Shown here: piece by piece, positions 54,410 through 64,000 of the stretch
How positions within the stretch are numbered: position 1 is the stretch's first letter
Layout of the letters: the number at the start of each line of letters is the position of its first letter
Assembly: GCA_951406725.2 (NCBI GenBank)
Contig: OX597829.1
Span: 43,524,001-43,588,000 of the forward strand
Reading direction: 5' to 3'
Length of the DNA stretch: 64,000 bases
From: Octopus vulgaris
Lineage: Eukaryota
Program-made: the position numbers and the translations under genes
The notes under the pieces: model-generated
The model's database searches: none
What the model saw: only the letters and a program-made list of their open reading frames with translations
What the model was told of the DNA's origin: nothing

Positions 54410-54600
54410 TTTTTTTTCTTCTTTCAAATTTGCTTCCATTTCTTGCCGAATGTCTTCCCGACTCCTAGGGCAAAGAAACTCATAGTATACATTGGTAGGC
54501 CATTAAACTAAACTCACTAATTCGTTCATTTTTCTTTTCTTTTTAAGTTAAATTAAAATACATGGGTAGTAATAGTAATGTGGGTATCCATTATTATTAC

Positions 54601-54653
<53 letters not shown>

Positions 54654-54800
54654 CTGGTAGGATTTATGTGGGTATCCACAAGTTTTCTGCAGTATTTCAA
54701 ATTCTTAGTACTCTCCTGATAATCCTTGCTGTCCCTAAGAGACAATCTTTCTGTAGGAGCTATGCCGGACATTCTATTCTAATCTCCTTCAGCCATTTGT
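54410..54800 (-). mobile_element. R4/Dong-like LINE 3' end
   Basis: Minus strand KWLKEIRIECPA*LLQKDCLLGTARIIRRVLRI* (cf. IQKIVLMGTAHILRKILSM* at 5.4 kb), then a UTR and an AAT-rich tail at about 54392-54410. Confidence 0.7.
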
Positions 54801-55132
54801 ATATATGCATGTGTATAAATAAATATATACATACAAATGCAATCATATGTACATACCTACATACATGCATATATAAATCCATGCATACATAAATACATAC
54901 TTATTATCTATGCTTAATGTTCACAATTACTATTATTATCATTTTTTAAATTATTTCTTTAACTTTTAACACATTACCTAGGAAACGATCTATGCCTTGT
55001 TGTTACAACGATAATCTCAGCTAAGCGAAGTTTTCCTAATTATATTACATCGTATTTAGAAACAGAGACATTTATTGTAAAAGGAAATAGCAACGTCGAA
55101 TTTTAAATACTTCTTTTATGCGATCTTTTTTT

Positions 55133-55533
55133 TTTACTTGTTTCAGTCATTTGACTGCGGCCATGCTGGAGCACCGCCTTTAGTCGAGCAAATCCACCCC
55201 GGGACTTATTCTTTTGTAAGCCCAGTACTTATTCTATCGGTCTCTTTTGCCGAACCGCTAAGTGACGGGGACGTAAACACACCAGCATCGGTTGTCAAGC
55301 AATGCTAGGGGAACAAACACAGACACACAAACATACGCACACACACAAATATATATATACATATATACGACAGGCTTCTTTCAGTTTCCGTCCACCAAAT
55401 CCACTCACAAGGCATTGGTCGGCCCGGGGCTATAGCAAAAGACACTTGCCCAAGATGCCACGCAGTGGGACTGAACCCGGAACCATGTGGTTGGTTAGCA
55501 AGCAAACTTACCACACAGCCATTCCTGCGCCTA
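55133..55533 (-). mobile_element. SINE family B, full length
   Basis: TTTTACTTGTTTCAGTCATTTGACTGCGGCCATGCTGGAGC...TTACCACACAGCCATTCCTGCGCC. Confidence 0.92.
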
Positions 55534-56282
55534 TAATAATATTCATTATTTTACTAAAATATTGTAATCCTTAGAATAATATGAATAAGCAAATGCTTCT
55601 TAGGGAGCCGAATAATTTCATTTTGAGAATGTAATGGTTTAATTTGAGGAAGATATATCTATCAGCCCGGAAGAAAATTTAGAGACACGTTATTTGGCTA
55701 GTCACTGGCAAGATAATACATAATGTAAATAATCAGATCGTTGATTACTGAACAAAATATTCGTTGAAAAATCGATCTATTTAGTTTGTTTTCTGGGTAG
55801 TTGTATCCTGGTTGTTTCCTTGGCACCAGACAGGATTTTCAAAAGAAAAATTATTGGGTGCTTAAGGAACGGAATATTGCTGCCACATCTGCAATGCGCG
55901 CAAACATTCTAGATCGGCTCCAGAAAAAAGGTCACGTGATTAGTATAGAATCACTCAGACATAGATTTACTGTTCTCAGCCACTGACACGTAGATTTACT
56001 GTTCTCCACTAATCTCTACACTCAGTTCTTCCTGAACAGAGCGTCATCCGTCTGAAATATCCTCTCTGCGAATATCTTTCTCCGAAAAGGTAACTTGATG
56101 ATACAGCTAACAGTAGAACCATCGAGCTTACCGGTCTGAATGTCTTACAAATGGCTTGAACACTGTTCCTCCTTAATCGTCTTCATCTCTGGCAGCATGT
56201 CCTTCTGTATACCCTCCTCTTTTTTTCGTTCTCCCTCGCAAGATACGTGTGTATTTATATATTTGAATGTGGATATTTTTTT

Positions 56283-56482
56283 TTTTTACTTGTTTCAGTC
56301 ATTTGACTGCGGCCATGCTGGAGCACCGCCTTTAGTCGAGCAACTCCACCCCGGGACTTATTCTTTGTAAGCCCAGTACTTATTCTATCGGTCTCTTTTG
56401 CCGAACCGCTAAGTTACGGGGACGTAAACACACAAGCATCGGTTGTCAAGCAAGGCTAGGGGACAAACACACACACACACAA

Positions 56483-56540
<58 letters not shown>

Positions 56541-56704
56541 ACGACAGGCTTCTTTCAGTTTCCGTCTACCAAATTCACTCACAAGGCTTTGGTCGGCCCG
56601 AGACTATAGTAGAAGACACTTGCCCAAGATGCCACGCAGTAGGACTGAACCCGGAACCATGTGGTTGGTAAGCAAGCTACTTACCACACAGCCACTCCTG
56701 CGCC
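56283..56704 (-). mobile_element. SINE family B, full length
   Basis: Near-identical to 55133-55533, with a longer internal (CA)n(TA)n. Confidence 0.92.
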
Positions 56705-57172
56705 TATATAAGTTCAAATCTATAATTCAGATCTTCACAAAGTTAGCACATGGTAAGCAGTATCACCGTTGGTTACATCTAGCAACGCAGTTTTCATCGA
56801 GAACTTTCTTAGATTTCGTAAATTCCAATTCTGACCATATCTTAGTATTGCGGTGCGAGTTTGGTTCTCTGAGAAACCAAAACCCAAAAACCCTTTGTTA
56901 TTGGTGTGGCAAAGTTTCATCTTTCTTGGTAAAAGAATACCTACCCTGATTAAAAGATTCTTTAAATTACGTTCGGTACAGATGCAGAACTGCAAAAATT
57001 GTACTAGAAATTATCATTTAGTGTTGAAATATCTTATGGATATGAAAGCTATATGCATGTACAACACCAAGCGCATTGATCAGAATATATTCTCTTGAAT
57101 CTGAAAGCGCAGCCTACCCAAGAAGACGCAAAACACATACTTTGTGTATGTGTGTTCGATATCGTCGATATT

Positions 57173-57212
<40 letters not shown>

Positions 57213-58995
57213 CTATAATGGTGAATGCCAGACAGAGGGGTCACACAGGAGAGCTAGGACGAAGGGGAGATAATAAAGTAGTTTTGATCCCAAAATGAAG
57301 GTGTGCGTGCGTGTGTATAAGAGAGCATGTATGCGCGTGTCGAAGAGGGTTGGTGACTTTGATGTGTGCGTGTGTGCATGTGTAGGTGTGTGGATGATGG
57401 TGTGAGGCTGGGAAGTGGTCAGTGTTAGCTGTGTGCGTGGTGGTGTGATGTGATGTGGTATTGTTTAATATGGAGGTGTATGGTGTGTTGGTGTGTGGTG
57501 TGGTGGTGTTAGGATGCGGGGGAGGCGATAGTGGGGAACGCAAGGGTGGGTTGTGGGTTAGACTGAGGGTGGGTGTATGTGGAAGTGGGTGTAAGGGATG
57601 GGGTGGATAGAGAAGGTAGAGTTGGATTGTGTAGGGGTGGGGTTACGAGGGAGATGTGACGGGGAAGGGAGAATTTGGGTAGGAGTGAAGAGAAGAAGTA
57701 GGAGTCGGAGCAGGAGAGGAGAGGTGGGTGAGAGGAAGTGAGGAGATGGGAGGAAGGTTAAATGAAGAGGGGAGGACGGTTGAGCCCATGTGGCGCAAAG
57801 GAGCAAAGAGAGAAGATTAATATACATGCATATATAAATATATACATACATACATACATATATACATACTTATACATATACATGCATATATCAATATATA
57901 TATACACACATATTCATATATATATAAATAGATATACGTACAGATATCAATATGTATATATATATATATATACATACAGATATCAATATATATATATACA
58001 GACAGCTAGATAGATCTAGTTATAGATTCATATATATATACATATATAAATATGTATATGTATATCCATATATATATATATATTATATATATATATATGT
58101 ATACATATACATACATGCATAAAAATATATGCACAAGTATATATAGATATGTGCATATAGATATAAGTCTGTTTGCATACAGAAATGTATGTACATGTAT
58201 ATACACAATAGATGAGTCACCCTATACTATAAGCGCGTATAACATACATTTATAAAAGACAAAAAATTCATAAGAGATAAAAGATATATATATGTATGTG
58301 TATAGATTGTATACACATACATAGATTTACATAAACGTATACACATTTCTATATGTGTGGACTTCCATGAATGAGAAATGGGTAGTAGTCGGCGATTTGT
58401 TGCATTTGAGTGTGGGAGAAATAAATATGTATTCCTTTTTGTGGTTGTGTGAGTGTATTGTGTATATATATATATATATATATATTTTTAAGCGTGAGAA
58501 AGAGAATATAATCACTGTTAGTTATGAAGATGTAAGGAAAATATTGAAGTAATTTCATGGTGAACTTGTTACTTGAAATTTCCATGGCAATGCGACAAAT
58601 TTTTCGTGTAAATATTAAGAAAGAAAGGCAAGATTTAACCGGAAGCAGCTTAAACTATTGTTTAATGAAAGCGATTTCCTTGACAAACAGAAAACATCTT
58701 TTAAGATTTTGAAAGCGCCTATATTTTCTGTTTGAAAGTAGAACACAGCCAATTGGTAAACATACGTGAATCTATAATGATAATTACTATTAAAAAAATG
58801 TTATTTCGATATTTATACTAGGGTTAGAGACTATTTTCTATGTGGTGCAGTCGGCGTAGACATATAATACATACACACTATGAGTATGTATGTATATGTC
58901 TGTAAGTATGTGTGTGTATGTATATATGCAAGCATGTATGAATGTATGTGCGTATGTATGTACATGGGTATGCGTACATATCTATACATGTATTT

Positions 58996-59228
58996 AAGGC
59001 GGCGAGCTGGCAGAAATGTTAGCACGCCGGGCGAAATGCGTAGCCGTATTTCGTTTGCCGTTACGTTCTGAGTTCAAATTCCGCCGAGGTCGACTTTGCC
59101 TTTCATCCTTTCGGGGTCGATAAATTAAGTACCAGTTACGGACTGGGGTCGATGTAATCGACTTAATCCGTTTGTCTGTCCTTGTTTATGCCCTCTGTGT
59201 TTAGCCCCTTGTGGGTAATAATGAAATA
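58996..59228 (+). mobile_element. SINE family A, full length
   Basis: AAGGCGGCGAGCTGGCAGAAATGTTAGCACGCCGGGCGAAATGC...GCCCCTTGTGGGTAATAATGAAATA. Confidence 0.92.
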
Positions 59229-59761
59229 TATGTATACATGTATGTATGTATCTATATGTGTGTGTTTGTATATGTAAATTTGTTCGGACATTTTTATCTA
59301 TTTTCAAATAATGTGTCGATGGCTACAGTTGAGGCAATTTATAATGAAAAATTATGGGCATCTAGAAAAAATATGAAGTTATGAATGTATTTTAAATATG
59401 ATTATAAAAACATAACGTAATGGAATATCTCATGGAATATTGTATGATTGTGGGGAATTTGGTATAGCTCATTAAAATGCAATATACAAGAACAACATAG
59501 GAAAGTAGAGTTTATTTATGAATAAAATCTCTGTGAAGATATGGAGGTGTTGCATATCAAATGATTTTGTAAACGAGGTCGTGATTGGACATATGTATAC
59601 GCATGTACTGCCGCTCAGTGTGTAGAGTAAAAAAGACGCTTGAAAATATTATATAAATGTACGTTTATACGCATGTATCTATGTATGTGTGTATTTATGT
59701 ATGTATTATGTATGTATTATGTATGTATGTGTGGATGTACAAGTATGTAGGTATTATGTAA

Positions 59762-59795
<34 letters not shown>

Positions 59796-59852
59796 TTGCA
59801 TAAATACATGTATGTATATACGTGGGTATTTACATATATATAAATGTGTGTG

Positions 59853-59883
<31 letters not shown>

Positions 59884-60050
59884 TTATATGTGTTTTATAT
59901 GTACATATAAGAATGTGTATGTATATATATGAGTATGCGTTATTATATATTTGCATATACATATATACATAAACATACACATATATTTATACACATATAT
60001 AGACATATATAATTAAATAAATAAAATTATATGTATATATGTGTGTAAAT

Positions 60051-60084
<34 letters not shown>

Positions 60085-60123
60085 GTACACACACACATAT
60101 ATATATGTATGTATATATGTATA

Positions 60124-60168
<45 letters not shown>

Positions 60169-60278
60169 ACATATATAAATATATATATATGAATGCACGA
60201 TGTAAATTGTTTTCCAACTAAGATTGCACGTCATGTTTGAAGCTCCGATGTATGTATATATATTTATATATATGTATA

Positions 60279-60332
<54 letters not shown>

Positions 60333-60505
60333 CATGTATATATACATATATATTACATGAACATAAATACATTTATCTATTTCTTATGTTGAGGTAAATC
60401 ATAAATATAAATAATTATGAGAATTTTTGTCTCTTCTTACATCAAGTTTATAATGTCTAACGTCTCGGCTTCGACCTGAGCATTCCCAAACTATCAAGTA
60501 AAAAA

Positions 60506-60559
<54 letters not shown>

Positions 60560-60565
<6 letters not shown>

Positions 60566-60720
60566 TTTCATGTACCGTACACATCAAATCTCTATAGACA
60601 ATTTGATATGTGTATAAATATAATGGTTTATATGTATACATAGATGAATATATGTATACGTATATATATATATATCTAAATATATAGATATATATACATG
60701 CATATATATATATATATATA
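60560..60720. repeat. Local direct duplication, second copy at about 62400-62580
   Basis: TTCTTT(T)CATGTACCGTACACATCAAATCTCTATAGACAATTTGATATGTGTATAAATATAATGGT...GATGAATATATGTATACG is near-identical at both sites. Confidence 0.9.
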
Positions 60721-60954
60721 TATATATTAATACATATATATATATACTGCATTCTCTAATTCGAAAGCGATGCATATGGTGGGAATACGAAACAATACCA
60801 GAATGCCAACCACGTTTGAAATGTAACAAATTACATTTCAACATTGAGGACGATAAAAAAAACGACAGCAACAAGAACAAAAACAAAGAAGCAATAATTT
60901 TACTGCCACTACCACTACCACCACCACCACCACCACCACTACCACTACTACTAA

Positions 60955-60997
<43 letters not shown>

Positions 60998-61069
60998 GAT
61001 AATAACGATAATGATGATAAAATGATGATCATAATGATAATAATAATAAAAGTACTACTAATACTACTT

Positions 61070-61144
<75 letters not shown>

Positions 61145-61833
61145 TCAAATAATAATAATAATAATGATAATGATAATAATATTAATAATAATGATAATGA
61201 TAATCATAATCATAATAATAACCATAATCATAATCATAATAATAATAATCATAATAGTAATGATAATAATTCCATTTTAATAAATTGAATAAACATCGAG
61301 CTGAGTATATATATCTCATATACTATATATTTGAATATATATATATATATGCCTATATCGTTACATGTATATATTCGTATATACTTGTATAAATAATTGT
61401 AAATGTATATATGTTTTTATATATATATATATATTTCTATACATATATATTTGCATATATGTCTATATGTATATATATGCATTACGTATGTAAATATATG
61501 TGTGCAAGTAAGTGTGTGTACATATATGTGTGTATACGTATATATGTATATATTAACCTATTCATATACATATATGTATGTGTATATATATATATACACA
61601 TATATATATACATATATGCATATATATGTGTGTGTATGTATATGTATATATATATGTCAGAATATGATGTGGAACTGCTCTATCAATTTTTTATTCTTTT
61701 TTTTTTATTTTTTTCCTAGTTACATCCTATCACCATCCACAACGAAGTTTACCCAGTAAGTAAAGAATCTTTTTACGCATTTTATGCATATTCATACACT
61801 CATACAAGTATGTATGTATTTATATTTATATAT

Positions 61834-61864
<31 letters not shown>

Positions 61865-62158
61865 CATGCATGTATACATATATACTTATATATTTATATA
61901 CATATATATATATATTTATATACATGTATACGTATGTGCATATATATATGCATACATATATACTTTTATATATATATATGATATATAAATTATTATATAT
62001 TCATATATGAATACTTATACTTTATTATATATACATATGTATATAAATAACGTATGCCTTAAAATACACATGAAATTATAAATCTATGTTACCTGCTTTC
62101 TATATATATATAAGTATACACTTATATGTATATATAAATGTAAACATACATGTATATA

Positions 62159-62205
<47 letters not shown>

Positions 62206-62309
62206 AAACACACACACACACATATATATATATATGTATATACACGTGCGCATGTATGTATATTTACATACATGTTCATATGTACGTATGTACTTAAACG
62301 CAAACATAT

Positions 62310-62407
<98 letters not shown>

Positions 62408-62572
62408 TTTCATGTACCGTACACATCAAATCTCTATAGACAATTTGATATGTGTATAAATATAATGGTATATATGTATACATAGATGAATATATGTATA
62501 CGTATATATATATATATATATAAATATATAGATATATATACATGCATATATAAATATATAGATATATATACA

Positions 62573-62624
<52 letters not shown>

Positions 62625-62907
62625 CATATATCTGTATATGCATATACGTCTGCACGTATATATATTTATTAACCATACATACATAGTTATATACTTACTT
62701 ATATTCAAATATACATACACGTATACAGATATTATATATAGACGCAAATACAGATAACCGTCAGTTGTTTCACATTCGGTCTCCATGATTTTGCGCTCGA
62801 TCCTATTCCGTTGCACAATTTTTAAATAGCATTCAATGCTGCTCTGAGCTTTCTATATATACTCTGATTGAGAAATGTGTGGCATTATTCGCTTCTTCAA
62901 TCTAGAT

Positions 62908-62968
<61 letters not shown>

Positions 62969-63010
62969 ACTATTTATGTATGTATCTATCCATTCATATA
63001 TATATGTGTG

Positions 63011-63061
<51 letters not shown>

Positions 63062-63111
63062 CATATATATATATATACAACTATTTATGTATGTATCTAT
63101 CCATTCATATA

Positions 63112-63144
<33 letters not shown>

Positions 63145-63381
63145 TCATATTTATATATATATACCTATTTATATATGTATCTATCTATCTATATATATGT
63201 GTATATATATATATATGTATGTATATATATAAATATATATGTATGTATATATATAAATATATATGTATGTATATATATATATATATATGTATGTATATGT
63301 ACATATACATGTGTATATATATATATATGTATGTATATGTACATATACATGTGTATATATATATATATGTATGTACATATG

Positions 63382-63412
<31 letters not shown>

Positions 63413-64000
63413 ATATAATAAACCTTTACATAAATAAATAACGTGAAATACACGATGCATATATATATATATGGGCATATTTATACATGTGCATGTACAT
63501 ACGCTCCCTCCCACGAACACACACGCAAACACATACACGTATATGTATCCATGAATCTTTTTCTTTTGTGCACCTTTTTTTACTGATACCTTACCTAATA
63601 CATATAGTTTATACATGTGATATATGTGTATGTATGCAATTTATGATATTTGAGTGCCAAATTCACTCTGAAATGTCTGTTTCATCGTAAGGCCATGACG
63701 TTTAATCGCCAAAATTGTTATGTATCTAGCCTTAGGACTTGTATAACATTGTTTCAGGAAGCGTAATGCTTATTCCTTCACTGTAATTGTAATATGGATG
63801 CAGTTGATCCACGAAAATTCGTATGAAATATGCAGGGTATTCTCGTGAATGAAATTTTAAGACCGATGAAGTACTAGTACTGAAGGTCCCAATAAGACAC
63901 CGCTTCTCGGCGTTGCTGACCTTTGTGCCTTAGTCAGAAACGATTGATGTTGTTGTTGTTGTTCTTATTTATTATCATTATCATTATTATTAGTATTATT

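Noticed and set aside
56443-57098. 168-aa and adjacent ORFs
   Set aside because: The first half is a SINE family B translation and the remainder has no recognisable homology.

Overview
AT-rich, microsatellite-saturated animal genomic DNA, most likely an octopus (tRNA-derived SINE families of octopus type). The only host coding sequence I can support is one 268-bp internal exon (41439-41706, +) encoding the core T-box DNA-binding domain of a Tbx2/3 (optomotor-blind-type) gene. I found no neighbouring exons by eye, so the window is probably two very large introns. Nearly all other ORF-track entries are translations of simple repeats. The non-coding DNA holds about 20 SINE copies from three families, three R4/Dong-like LINE remnants abutting (AAT)n, an RTE-like 3' end, a decayed Penelope-like RT between long inverted arms, a non-autonomous Helitron and two DNA-transposon MITEs. 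Two patterns stand out. First, several type I hammerhead-ribozyme motifs of the Penelope type, one with an intact core at 2413-2547 and an outward-facing pair at 43639-43968. Second, repeated fold-back inverted duplications anchored at microsatellites (13.8, 37.7, 43.2, 50.1 and 50.9 kb). Everything was read by eye. Repeat boundaries are approximate unless a target-site duplication or terminal motif is given.
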